Source of the DNA: an uncultured virus (IMG/VR IMGVR_UViG_3300025038_000006)
Taxonomy: Duplodnaviria; Heunggongvirae; Uroviricota; Caudoviricetes
Length of the DNA stretch: 64,000 bases
IMG/VR virus record: IMGVR_UViG_3300025038_000006
Reading direction: 5' to 3' (one strand)
The notes under the pieces were generated by a model, which saw only the letters and a program-made list of their open reading frames with translations, ran no database searches and was not told where the DNA came from. Below, one piece after another: positions 55,727-64,000 of this stretch (positions are counted from its first letter, which is position 1; each line of letters begins with the position of its first letter). Position numbers and translations under genes: made by a program.

Positions 55727-55990
55727 CTAAAATCTAAAAATATTTTCGCCTTGTCTTAGTTGATAATCCCCAACACCATCTACACCCCAAACAATATCGC
55801 CTAACTCATGATTAATCGCATTGCCGTTTAAGTCCCATCGAACGATTTGGTCAAAAAAAGGATTACCCTCAACTACTCTTACCCGGGCGCTATATTGACT
55901 CCAATAATTGACAACCGGGTCATATGCTCTGCTTAAACGTGCTAAGGTATACCCTCTACTTGTTTTAAGCTTACCTACTCTTACACCCAC
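55727..55990 (-). CDS. Hypothetical protein
   Basis: Coupled ORF in the early operon. Confidence 0.55.
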   Translation of the reverse strand: MGVRVGKLKTSRGYTLARLSRAYDPVVNYWSQYSARVRVVEGNPFFDQIVRWDLNGNAINHELGDIVWGVDGVGDYQLRQGENIFRF

Positions 55991-56439
55991 CGATAACCGC
56001 CTGGTGCCTTAATCTTTGTTTTAAGCGCCCGTATGACTACATGACATTCACGATAATCAAGCTCAACCTCTGGCGCGTGCTCCATGAGCTCATCGCAAAA
56101 GTCCCTAAACGCTTGACCGATAGCAGCAACTAGTGCGGCTTGGTCATGCTCCCCTTCTATTTCAGCCTTAGCGTGTGCACGTTGACCATCTTTGCTAACT
56201 GCATTCATGGTGAAAGTGTAAGTCCGGTCGTGGCTGAAAATATCATGGGGCCAGGTTAAGAAGTCTTCAGTGCGTACTAGCCGCTTGATCAGGTCCTCCA
56301 CCTTGTCACCGTCCAAAAACATTTTCATGTACCCTTGATACTGGCGCGGCTTAGACTGCGTTTGTTGTATCTTCGTGGCTTTTTTTGCTCTTAACGCCTT
56401 AGCACGGCGCTGGTTTCTATTCAATTTATTCTTAGCCAT
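55981..56439 (-). CDS. Hypothetical protein
   Basis: ORF with RBS; basic N-terminus. Confidence 0.6.
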   Translation of the reverse strand: MAKNKLNRNQRRAKALRAKKATKIQQTQSKPRQYQGYMKMFLDGDKVEDLIKRLVRTEDFLTWPHDIFSHDRTYTFTMNAVSKDGQRAHAKAEIEGEHDQAALVAAIGQAFRDFCDELMEHAPEVELDYRECHVVIRALKTKIKAPGGYRWV

Positions 56440-56453
56440 GGATTCCCTTTATT

Positions 56454-57185
56454 TTAAATTTCAGCTGTTTCTTGTTCGCAAGGCTCTGACTGCTTGTCTT
56501 TTATACCCTTCTTGAACCCATATGTACGCAATAGCTCATCCACAAATTCAGCCGAAGCCGGTATATTTTTATGCTCAATTCTTCTTGCTGGCTGGATAAC
56601 AAAATTAGCACCGGCTTGATGCTCGCTGACAACCCGCTCATAGACCGTGGCAAAATATTTAATAAATCCGTTACCAGCACTCGCTAATTTGCCCCACCCG
56701 ATGCGATTTGCCGTTTCTAGTACAGTTGGGTGTCTCCAGTCTCTTTCGACGTCTCCGCGCATTCCTGAGCATCTACAGGCTGTTTCAAATGCGGTTTGTG
56801 TGTCTAGGTATTCACTTTGCTTGCCAGACCTCGCTAACTCTAAAAAATCAGCTGGGGCTGTTGGTGGCCATTTCAGGGTTAATGACTTGGCTAAAGCTGT
56901 GCTGAATTCCGCTGGAGTAATTCTTAATCCCTGTAGTGCAATTGCCCATAGTTCAGTAGTTCTTACGTCTAACACCTGGCGTTCTTGTAGCTTGGCTCCA
57001 AATACTCGCTTCCAGTCTTCAAACAGGTCAGTGATCAACTCAAGTAAGCGTACTGACGGTTCGGATATCGTTTGACTGCTGGCTTGAGCCATACTTGGCT
57101 CTGATTTCAGCTCGGAGTTGGTCAAAGTGGCTGATGGCTTGGCTGTTGCCTGAAGCTTGGTTGTTAGCTGGTTGATTGTTTGCAT
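56454..57185 (-). CDS. Replication protein P-like helicase loader
   Basis: W..AL...WPPTAPADFLEL and AFETAC...W.HPTV motifs; overlaps the initiator gene. Confidence 0.7.
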   Translation of the reverse strand: MQTINQLTTKLQATAKPSATLTNSELKSEPSMAQASSQTISEPSVRLLELITDLFEDWKRVFGAKLQERQVLDVRTTELWAIALQGLRITPAEFSTALAKSLTLKWPPTAPADFLELARSGKQSEYLDTQTAFETACRCSGMRGDVERDWRHPTVLETANRIGWGKLASAGNGFIKYFATVYERVVSEHQAGANFVIQPARRIEHKNIPASAEFVDELLRTYGFKKGIKDKQSEPCEQETAEI

Positions 57186-57996
57186 GATTGTTCCCCGTGC
57201 TCTGAGTCTTGTTCTGAATGTTGATGTACCAGTCTGATTTAAAACCTTTCCAATCCCGTGTTATCCACTCAGTGATTATCTGATCCAGTGAATGACCGGT
57301 TGCTTGTTTCGCTTTTTCCAGTTGACTGAAAATCACATTCCAAGCTGTTTGGGTGTTCGACGTTTTTTTAATTTTTCTGTGACTGAGTAAATCACTCCAA
57401 ACTTGATCTGAAACTTCATCTGGTTTTTGTGGTTTGTAAGTCTCCACCGCTGGCTGAGTTTTCGATTTTGTTTTTTTGGTATTTTTTTTATTAATATGAT
57501 TATTAGTATTCTTATAATTAGTATTCTTATTTGTCGGATTCAAATCCGAGTTTTTAGGGGTTTTTTCGGATTCATTTCCGAATTTGCTCGGATTTGAATC
57601 CGAATTTTGGGTGTTTTTCGGATTTATTTCCGAGTTTTGATTATTTTTCGGATTTAAATCCGAATTAGAATCAGGTGTAAAAGTGGTTTTAGAGTTCCAT
57701 TCCTTGCCCTTTTCAGTTAACTTAACTAAGTCTTTTTTTCCTTCCTTGATGTAATCAACCAAGCCTTTTTCCTCAAACAGTTTTAGGGCTCGATAAACAG
57801 TATCTGGCTTACTGTATGCTAGGGGAATTTCATCAATCACCATGTTGCGAGATACCCAATAATAAAACTCGCCATTAATTACATGGGGTTTGGCCCATGA
57901 GCTTGCTTGGTTAAGTAAATCAAATAAGGCACCTTGGTTTAAGTTAAGGCCCCATTCATGGCATTTGACTGCATTTATGCTCAATGTGTATCTCAT
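57040..57996 (-). CDS. Phage replication initiator (O-like)
   Basis: N-terminal winged-helix, internal iteron-coded repeats (NSxxNP), C-terminal WKGFKSDW. Confidence 0.85.
   Translation of the reverse strand: MRYTLSINAVKCHEWGLNLNQGALFDLLNQASSWAKPHVINGEFYYWVSRNMVIDEIPLAYSKPDTVYRALKLFEEKGLVDYIKEGKKDLVKLTEKGKEWNSKTTFTPDSNSDLNPKNNQNSEINPKNTQNSDSNPSKFGNESEKTPKNSDLNPTNKNTNYKNTNNHINKKNTKKTKSKTQPAVETYKPQKPDEVSDQVWSDLLSHRKIKKTSNTQTAWNVIFSQLEKAKQATGHSLDQIITEWITRDWKGFKSDWYINIQNKTQSTGNNHANNQPANNQASGNSQAISHFDQLRAEIRAKYGSSQQSNDIRTVSTLT
57534..57663. repeat. Replication origin iterons: five 16-bp quasi-palindromes TCGGATTYNWWTCCGA
   Basis: Copies at 57534, 57566, 57588, 57618 and 57648; adjacent AT-rich tract at about 57465-57533. 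Confidence 0.88.
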
Positions 57997-58775
57997 TACG
58001 CTACCTCATGTACTATTGCGAATATCTGTGCCAATCTTGCCAGACCTTTTGGTGTGAACATCGGCTGTGTTGTCGCCCTGGTAGTCCCGTCACGGCCATT
58101 AAATGTGACCGGACGCTGTTCCATATACCCTTGTTGAATGCGACCGCTATACGGCTGTAATTTGTCTTTAGAGTCTCTATACATCCAGCCGTTATTTACG
58201 CACCAAGTAGTAAATTTATTCTGTGCAATATCTAATGTTTTTGCAGTCTCACGCACACCAAGACTGCCCTCTGCTGCGCCAATCAGATCAAGCGCCGCCG
58301 CTTTAGGAGTCGCTATAGCTAATTGTGCTTGCTGCTGTTCTAATTTTTCTGCCAGGTCAGCTGCTAGGCGTAGCGCTTCTGGTAGAGATTGAGGAACGGC
58401 TGGCGCTCTAACCTGAGCTTCAAGCTCAGACCATCTTTCAATTATTCTTTTTCGCAAAAGAACGTTGTAACCCGATATGATTGTTAAAGTGGTATTTTTA
58501 TCAAGATAGCAAACAGGGTAATACTGTTTGTTTTGATGATTGATCTCATGCTTTAGAGTTACGCCTTTAATAGGGGTCTCCCCAAAAAAGCGCACACCCT
58601 CTTCATTGCCCCAATCCATGCTTTTAACATCAATGCCGCGCTCCATTTTGATGACGGCACCGACATACGCACGTATATCTCTTAGAACATGGTCGTGGCG
58701 CTTCTCACACAGCTGAGCAATTTCTCGGCTGCTCATAGTAGTTTTATTACTATTTGAAATATTTTCTAAAAACAT
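57996..58775 (-). CDS. Rha/antirepressor (KilAC/ANT) protein
   Basis: MSSREIAQLCEKRHDHVLRDI; PQSLPEALRLAADL; TPKGL. Confidence 0.88.
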   Translation of the reverse strand: MFLENISNSNKTTMSSREIAQLCEKRHDHVLRDIRAYVGAVIKMERGIDVKSMDWGNEEGVRFFGETPIKGVTLKHEINHQNKQYYPVCYLDKNTTLTIISGYNVLLRKRIIERWSELEAQVRAPAVPQSLPEALRLAADLAEKLEQQQAQLAIATPKAAALDLIGAAEGSLGVRETAKTLDIAQNKFTTWCVNNGWMYRDSKDKLQPYSGRIQQGYMEQRPVTFNGRDGTTRATTQPMFTPKGLARLAQIFAIVHEVA

Positions 58776-58877
58776 GTTATGATCCTCTTCGTTAACTGCT
58801 TAGCGCTGTTGATACAGTCTTTTAGATTGTTGGATGCAGTTCTTGAAAGTACCCGCAAGTTAATTTCCAGGAAAGTC

Positions 58878-58911
58878 AAACCCCAGTGGCCCTCCAGCGC
58901 TGGGGTTTTTT
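58878..58911 (+). terminator. Intrinsic terminator, stronger on the + (antisense) strand
   Basis: AAACCCCAG/CTGGGGTTT stem with a T run on the + strand. Confidence 0.75.
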
Positions 58912-58955
58912 ATTGTCCGTTTTAATCGTCTACTGATTTTTACTAAACCTGGCAT

Positions 58956-59315
58956 TTAAACCCCCAAACTTGCCCGCGGCCTATAAGTCCCTTCCGCTAT
59001 CTGAATTCGCGCATCATCATGAAAAAAATCATCCACTTCTTCTGACTTCATCAAGTTATCCCTCGCAAGAGCGTAAAGCATCTTGACCATTTCGGGGTTG
59101 TAGCATTTAAGCTCCATAGGAACGATCTTTAGTCCAAGCGCTGCCAATAGGTTGCATAGCTTGACTAGATGCACGTCTTTTAAGCGCGTGATAGTCCCGC
59201 TATCTATACCCATTGTTTCTGCTATATCTTGCTGGCAAGTGCCTGCAAGCGCATTCAAAACTTGCGTTTGCATATTGCGTGACCATGCAGCTTGTTCTTG
59301 TGATAATTGAGTCAT
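58956..59315 (-). CDS. CII-like transcriptional activator
   Basis: VLNALA...QQDIAETMGIDSGTITRLK...LAALGLKIVP; follows cro. Confidence 0.8.
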   Translation of the reverse strand: MTQLSQEQAAWSRNMQTQVLNALAGTCQQDIAETMGIDSGTITRLKDVHLVKLCNLLAALGLKIVPMELKCYNPEMVKMLYALARDNLMKSEEVDDFFHDDARIQIAEGTYRPRASLGV

Positions 59316-59317
59316 GG

Positions 59318-59533
59318 TTAAGTCTCCTCTGGAACATTAGTTTTTTGAATAAGTTCATCGTGAGCATCTTTAAGGGCTTTACCATATGCATAGCTCAGAT
59401 GAGGCTTTGGTATCCCTCTGAATAAGTCGCTAATGACACCCTGATGAACACCTGTTTTTCTTGATAGCTCTACCTGTGTTTGATTTTCAAGTAGATCTCG
59501 AACGATTAACGTCCAATCGACACTTTTATTCAT
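59318..59533 (-). CDS. Cro-like HTH regulator
   Basis: TQVELSRKTGVHQGVISDL; divergent from cI. Confidence 0.85.
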   Translation of the reverse strand: MNKSVDWTLIVRDLLENQTQVELSRKTGVHQGVISDLFRGIPKPHLSYAYGKALKDAHDELIQKTNVPEET

Positions 59534-59561
59534 GAAATACTCCTTATGGTGTGCAATCAGT

Positions 59562-59629
59562 ATAATATCGTAATTACGTTATTTAATCAAACGTCAAACC
59601 GATATTGTTTTGTATCATAATCACGATAT
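59562..59629. promoter_or_regulatory. OR region: PR (minus strand TTGATT-N17-TATTAT) and three 18-bp operators
   Basis: Matches to ATATCGTAATTACGATAT at 59565-59582 (17/18), 59588-59605 (11/18) and 59612-59629 (15/18). Confidence 0.8.
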
Positions 59630-59648
59630 ATAAATGCGAGGTAATGTT

Positions 59649-60332
59649 ATGACGTTAGATGTTGGAAATAGAGTTAGAAAGGCACGCAAATCAGCAGGCT
59701 TGACTCAGAACGAATTAGCTAAAAAAGCTGGCTCAAAACAAGCTGTAATCTCTGACATTGAGAATGGAAGGAATAAAACTTCGTCAGCACTATATGACAT
59801 CGCCATAGCTACTGGCGTAAATCCTAACTGGTTGCTGCGTGGTGAAGGCGAAATGTTTGAACCTCAAAGCAATACAACTTCATCCGTCTATCCAGATGGA
59901 GACAATTTCAAAATTGTACCGATGGATAATGTACGGCGCGTGCCCGTCCTAAATTATGTCCAGGCCGGTGAGTTTTGCGAATATTTTGATGATGCCATTG
60001 CTGATATGTTTGAAGTCATCATAGGTGATTACCCACCCCATGTTCACTGGGTAATCATTGAAGGCTTAAGTATGACGCCTGACTTCAATCCAGGTGATCT
60101 AATCTTGGTCGATCCAGATACTCAGCCTTCACCTGGAGATTATGTTGTTGCTAAAAAGGCAGGTGAGAATGCTGTAACGTTTAAAAAATGGCGGCCACGT
60201 GGATTTGATGATGACGGCGTTGAGTACTGTGAGCTGGTACCTCTAAACCCTGACTTCCCTATCATTGATAGTAGGCATACTCCGTTCACAATTTGCGGCG
60301 TCGCTGTTGAACATAAGAAGAAGTTGAGATAG
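59649..60332 (+). CDS. cI: CI-like repressor (HTH plus S24 autopeptidase)
   Basis: XRE HTH; VQAG cleavage site; GLSM serine and TFKK lysine; start could be 59634. Confidence 0.93.
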   Translation: MTLDVGNRVRKARKSAGLTQNELAKKAGSKQAVISDIENGRNKTSSALYDIAIATGVNPNWLLRGEGEMFEPQSNTTSSVYPDGDNFKIVPMDNVRRVPVLNYVQAGEFCEYFDDAIADMFEVIIGDYPPHVHWVIIEGLSMTPDFNPGDLILVDPDTQPSPGDYVVAKKAGENAVTFKKWRPRGFDDDGVEYCELVPLNPDFPIIDSRHTPFTICGVAVEHKKKLR

Positions 60333-60399
60333 TAGATACCTATGCAAACGACTGCATGTTTATGCAATTTATACAAATAAACATTGAAATGGAATCAAT

Positions 60400-61443
60400 A
60401 TGAAAGATAGTGAGTTTAGAGCATTAGGCCAAGATATACTCGATGCAATTGAATTTTTGAAAGCTAGAGGCTGGTCGGTAAGCAGTGTTTGTGAATTATT
60501 AAAAGACATTGAAAAGCTACCAAGACGATGGAAAAGTATAGATAATAGATTTCAGAACTCTGAAAACACTAATATCAATATAGACTTGTTTAATGATATT
60601 AAAACTAAACTAAAAGACGCTATTGTTTCCAGTTTATTATACGACAATAAAATGGTACAAATTTTGAAGCCTATTGATGATACATTTGATCGACTTTTAA
60701 AACATTTTGACTCAAATATTAAAAGTGATATTAGTGAGATTGAGTTATCTGATTTAGTTAGCACTGAAGATGGCTTAAGTGTAAAGTTTAAAATAGATGA
60801 TAGATACCAAGCCTATGGCCTAAAAACTATTATTGAAGATAAGATTAAAGAGCACTTAGAGGAAGAGGTAAACCAAGACATCCAGAGGGAGTACTCTGTG
60901 ATTTATGGCATTAAAGATATAAAAATTCCCGCAATGATGTTAGTGGTTTTTGACACAGTCGACAAGACAATCATTGCCTGTATGGACTTAGCAAGGATTG
61001 TACATATTAATAAAGTAGATGCTAAACTATCGGAGTTTAAAGTTAGTATTAAGAGTAGCTTAAAAGGTGTTAGGTTTAATAGTACTCCAGTCAATCTATT
61101 TCCTAAAATTAAAGAATTCCATGATAACTTTAGTACAGGAACAGCTTTTAATATGTCATTTAAAACTATTAACGATGGTATGATTCATCATATTCAATCA
61201 AATAATCAACATCCTGATGCTAGATCAAATAAATATCATAAGGATGGCGCTAAAGGTGTTAATCATACATTGGCTTATTTTAGAATACACATGGGTTATA
61301 AAACGTCAAAAAAAACCACCTATGCTATTGACCTAAAATCTATTGCTAGTATGACTACTCAGAAAGACCCTGTATTATACTCTGCTATTATTAATGCATT
61401 AAATGCTGAAGATTTTTCAGAAGCCTTATCGAGATTAAAATGA
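60400..61443 (+). CDS. Unknown protein, gene 1 of an AT-rich three-gene operon
   Basis: 347-aa ORF; ATGA overlap with the next gene. Confidence 0.75.
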   Translation: MKDSEFRALGQDILDAIEFLKARGWSVSSVCELLKDIEKLPRRWKSIDNRFQNSENTNINIDLFNDIKTKLKDAIVSSLLYDNKMVQILKPIDDTFDRLLKHFDSNIKSDISEIELSDLVSTEDGLSVKFKIDDRYQAYGLKTIIEDKIKEHLEEEVNQDIQREYSVIYGIKDIKIPAMMLVVFDTVDKTIIACMDLARIVHINKVDAKLSEFKVSIKSSLKGVRFNSTPVNLFPKIKEFHDNFSTGTAFNMSFKTINDGMIHHIQSNNQHPDARSNKYHKDGAKGVNHTLAYFRIHMGYKTSKKTTYAIDLKSIASMTTQKDPVLYSAIINALNAEDFSEALSRLK

Positions 61444-61925
61444 ATGCAAATGATATAAAATCTTATTATTTAGAGTTCGTTCGCGATCAGACGAATGAGT
61501 TTGATGATGGTATTAAGAACTTTATCTATGAAATTAGCGATAAATTTTTGTCGTATATCATTAATTACTCTATCGAATACTCAATCACACTTGATGAAAT
61601 AGAATATCGTAAGGTATTCGAAATTACAGATACAACTGAGTCTGAATCAAAAGATGTCGACTTTATGTTGTATGTTCTTTCATTAAAGCCCTATGATGCT
61701 ATTAAATGGGTTCACTATTTTGAAAGTAACGCTTTTTTTGAGCCAAACAGAGAGTATTTAACTGGAGAAGAATTGTTAGAGATAAAAGAAAGTGGATGTT
61801 ATTACAATCCTTTAACTGGCAATGATATCTCTAAGAATGTCTTTTACGATGAGCTTTGCACCGTATTTGGTACCACAGATGATTTTAAAAAACAAATTAT
61901 TAAGTTAAAAGTGAGGGGTGTTTAA
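61440..61925 (+). CDS. Unknown acidic protein, gene 2 of the operon
   Basis: 161-aa ORF; coupled on both sides. Confidence 0.75.
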   Translation: MNANDIKSYYLEFVRDQTNEFDDGIKNFIYEISDKFLSYIINYSIEYSITLDEIEYRKVFEITDTTESESKDVDFMLYVLSLKPYDAIKWVHYFESNAFFEPNREYLTGEELLEIKESGCYYNPLTGNDISKNVFYDELCTVFGTTDDFKKQIIKLKVRGV

Positions 61926-62527
61926 TGCCTCATTTCAATTTAGAAAACGCTTATCGAAGTAGACTGCTGAGCACTCAAGTTGCTAACAATAATGATAATT
62001 ATCAAGCCTTTTTAAATATGGTGCATGGCGAAATTGATAGAGCAATTGAGTTTATGGAAGAGAACTCTAATAGGCTGCAGGGAGATAATGAAGACAAATT
62101 ATCATTTGTTATTATTTCTCAATTAAAAGGAGCTAGGATTAACTGTAGCTCAGAAACTAATTCAAATGGTCATGTAGATATTACAATACAAGGTGGAAAA
62201 TTCAAGTGGCTAGCAGAGGCTAAAGTCCAAAAAGGTATAGATTGGACGAATCATGGCTTTAAGCAATTAACCCAAAACTACTCTACGGGAAGGAAAAATG
62301 CTTGCCATGGCGGTATCATTGTCTACAACAAACTTAAAGATAAAAGTTCTAAAAAGTGTGCTCAAGAGTGGCGAAATTTTTTGGAAAACTCTGAGATTGA
62401 TGTCGAGTGTCAGGAATACAAATATGGCTATTTTGACTTCACTATAGAGCACCCAAGATCTGGCGAACCCTACCACATTAGAAGTTATTTTGTGAACTTA
62501 AAATACACTGAATCTAAAAATATATAA
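61925..62527 (+). CDS. Putative PD-(D/E)xK nuclease, gene 3 of the operon
   Basis: ED.LS...E..SNGHVDITI...WLAEAK...QL...Y motif order. Confidence 0.7.
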   Translation: MPHFNLENAYRSRLLSTQVANNNDNYQAFLNMVHGEIDRAIEFMEENSNRLQGDNEDKLSFVIISQLKGARINCSSETNSNGHVDITIQGGKFKWLAEAKVQKGIDWTNHGFKQLTQNYSTGRKNACHGGIIVYNKLKDKSSKKCAQEWRNFLENSEIDVECQEYKYGYFDFTIEHPRSGEPYHIRSYFVNLKYTESKNI

Positions 62528-62531
62528 TAAG

Positions 62532-62553
62532 ACCGCCCCAGTGGCGGTTTTTT
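62532..62553 (+). terminator. Intrinsic terminator of the cI-linked operon
   Basis: ACCGCC/GGCGGT stem with a T run. Confidence 0.8.
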
Positions 62554-62621
62554 ATTGCCCAAAAAAATACCTATCAACTCAAATAAGCCGATAGGTATCA
62601 AAGTACTCTTAAACCACTGTT

Positions 62622-62798
62622 TTACATCTTACACACTTTCTTAGACTTACTAATTTTGCCATTTTTACAAACAAATTTACCGTCTTTACAATGCGAGACC
62701 CCGCCCATACTTTGAGAGCAAGGATAGTTACGAGCATTCGCTTCCATTACTGGCGCCATCATAAGCATAGAGATAAGTAGTGCTGACCAAGATTTCAT
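62622..62798 (-). CDS. YdcA-like small secreted cysteine-rich protein (58 aa, not in the ORF track)
   Basis: MKSWSALLISMLMMAPVMEANARNYPCSQSMGGVSHCKDGKFVCKNGKISKSKKVCKM; AAGGTGG RBS; hairpin ATACCTATC/GATAGGTAT with U run downstream. Confidence 0.8.
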   Translation of the reverse strand: MKSWSALLISMLMMAPVMEANARNYPCSQSMGGVSHCKDGKFVCKNGKISKSKKVCKM

Positions 62799-62993
62799 AA
62801 ACCACCACCTTAATAATGAAATAAAGTAGTCTTAAACCATAGCATTAAGCCCTTCTTTTATCCACAATTATTTGAAGGGTTTTATCCGCTCCCAGTGGCG
62901 GTTTTTCATCCTCTTAAAGTTAATGACTTGCCAGCAGTACATTTGCTAAAATTAAAAAACCCATCGAATCATGAATCAAAAAAGAGGACACAT

Positions 62994-63518
62994 ATGCCTA
63001 AGAGGGCTGAGCAAAGTCTAGAGAAAACTATATTTAACAGTCGCTGGCTGTTAGCTCCATTTTATTTAGGGCTTATAATAGGAATTATTCTTCTTTTCAT
63101 AAAATTTTTTCAAAAAATCTGGTATATCACTACGCATGTATTCACTGCTAGCGAAGCCGATGTGATTGTTGGCACATTAGTTTTAATAGATATAGCACTA
63201 GTGGCCAGCTTATTACTTATTATTGTATTTAGTGGGTACGAAATATTTGTTTCAAAAATTGATACAGGAGATCATGAAGATCGTCCGGGCTGGATGGGAA
63301 CCATTGATTTCTCTGGTCTAAAACTAAAGGTCATTAGTGCCATTGTTGCTATTTCTGCAATTGACCTTCTCAAATCGTTTATGAATATACCTGACCAGAT
63401 AAGTGATGGGGATGCTAATAGACTAATGTGGAAGGTTGTCATACATATGACATTCGTTTTATCTGGACTATTGTTTGCTTTAATGGATAAGATTGCTGGT
63501 GATACTAAAAAGCACTAA
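62994..63518 (+). CDS. yqhA: YqhA/UPF0114 (TIGR00645-type) membrane protein
   Basis: SRWLLAPFYLGL, SGYEIFVSKID, LKLKV..AIVAISAIDLL; start reassigned to ATG 62994 after GAGG. Confidence 0.88.
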   Translation: MPKRAEQSLEKTIFNSRWLLAPFYLGLIIGIILLFIKFFQKIWYITTHVFTASEADVIVGTLVLIDIALVASLLLIIVFSGYEIFVSKIDTGDHEDRPGWMGTIDFSGLKLKVISAIVAISAIDLLKSFMNIPDQISDGDANRLMWKVVIHMTFVLSGLLFALMDKIAGDTKKH

Positions 63519-63552
63519 AGAAAGCTTTTAACTTAAGTTTTATAAGTTAACC

Positions 63553-63656
63553 AAACCGCCATACCAGGGCGGTTTTTTTGTTTCTGCCATTCAAGAAAAA
63601 AGAGTAAATGAGCAGAAAAATGATGTGAACTAAGCCGCCTTGAGGGCGGTTTTTTT
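63553..63656 (+). terminator. Two tandem intrinsic terminators
   Basis: CCGCC/GGCGG stems with T runs at 63553-63579 and 63633-63656. Confidence 0.8.
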
Positions 63657-63695
63657 GTGTCTAGAATGATTAAAATTACAATCCGTTACATTATA

Positions 63696-63759
63696 TTATC
63701 GTATTTACGTTATTTATTAATGTTATTACGTTGACTGTATATCGTAATTACGATATTAT
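63696..63759 (+). promoter_or_regulatory. OL region and PL-like promoter TTGACT-N17-TATTAT
   Basis: Perfect palindrome ATATCGTAATTACGATAT at 63739-63756; 15/18 copy at 63696-63713; weak copy at 63717-63734. Confidence 0.85.
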
Positions 63760-63883
63760 AAATCTCATAAAGACAAGCAATCAGACGATGATGCTAGTGA
63801 CTATATAAAAACATGATTAAAGGCTAACAAATTACAGCCGATTCAAGTAGTCGGCTGTTGTGTGTTAACCAGAGGAGATAGAT

Positions 63884-64000
63884 ATGACTGAAGAAGAGCA
63901 AATAACTTCTGAAAGCCCTTTTTACAAAGTCTTAGAGTATTGGGCTGAAGAAGTGATAAGAACCGAAGAAAGTTTGCCTGAAGGGTTATGTAACCCAGTT
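63884..64000 (+). CDS. First gene of the PL operon (partial)
   Basis: AGAGGAG RBS, ATG at 63884, open to the window edge. Confidence 0.6.
   Translation, partial: MTEEEQITSESPFYKVLEYWAEEVIRTEESLPEGLCNPV

Larger units (their letters stand above)
365..64000. mobile_element. Temperate myovirus prophage: P1-like virion module plus lambdoid immunity/replication module; ends not resolved in this window
   Basis: Contiguous head, tail, lysis, terminase, replication and cI/cro genes; no integrase or att site visible. Confidence 0.93.

Noticed and set aside
57534..57663. Palindromic repeats as a mini-CRISPR
   Set aside because: Spacers are only 6-16 bp and the repeats lie inside the initiator gene next to an AT-rich tract, which fits iterons

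Overview
Almost the whole window is a temperate myovirus (pro)phage, probably from a Moraxellaceae host such as Psychrobacter (inferred from the cargo genes). About 49 kb of minus-strand late genes resemble the phage P1 set: portal, prohead protease, major capsid, PacA/PacB-like terminase, sheath, tube, baseplate, fibres, lysis cassette and DarA/Hdf/DdrB/LPD1-type internal-head proteins. They are joined to a lambdoid early region (cI, cro, cII, Rha/Ant, O/P-like replication genes with iterons, OR/OL operators). Three accessory islands interrupt it: a type III restriction-modification pair, an acyl-CoA reductase/lrgAB/LysR block, and morons between cI and PL. Main observations: (1) nine copies of one late-promoter cassette, GGAACAC-N26/27-(-10 box)-hairpin over the RBS, tile all late operons; (2) an unrecognised three-gene operon ending in a PD-(D/E)xK nuclease sits in the rexAB position; (3) the tail sheath appears split, with three paralogous sheath N-terminal modules encoded separately; (4) a recurring (F/Y/M/W)D(S/A) motif in head proteins may be the maturation site; (5) two putative antisense sRNAs. 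No integrase, att site, tRNA, rRNA or CRISPR array was seen. Family calls come from motif recognition by eye, not from database searches.
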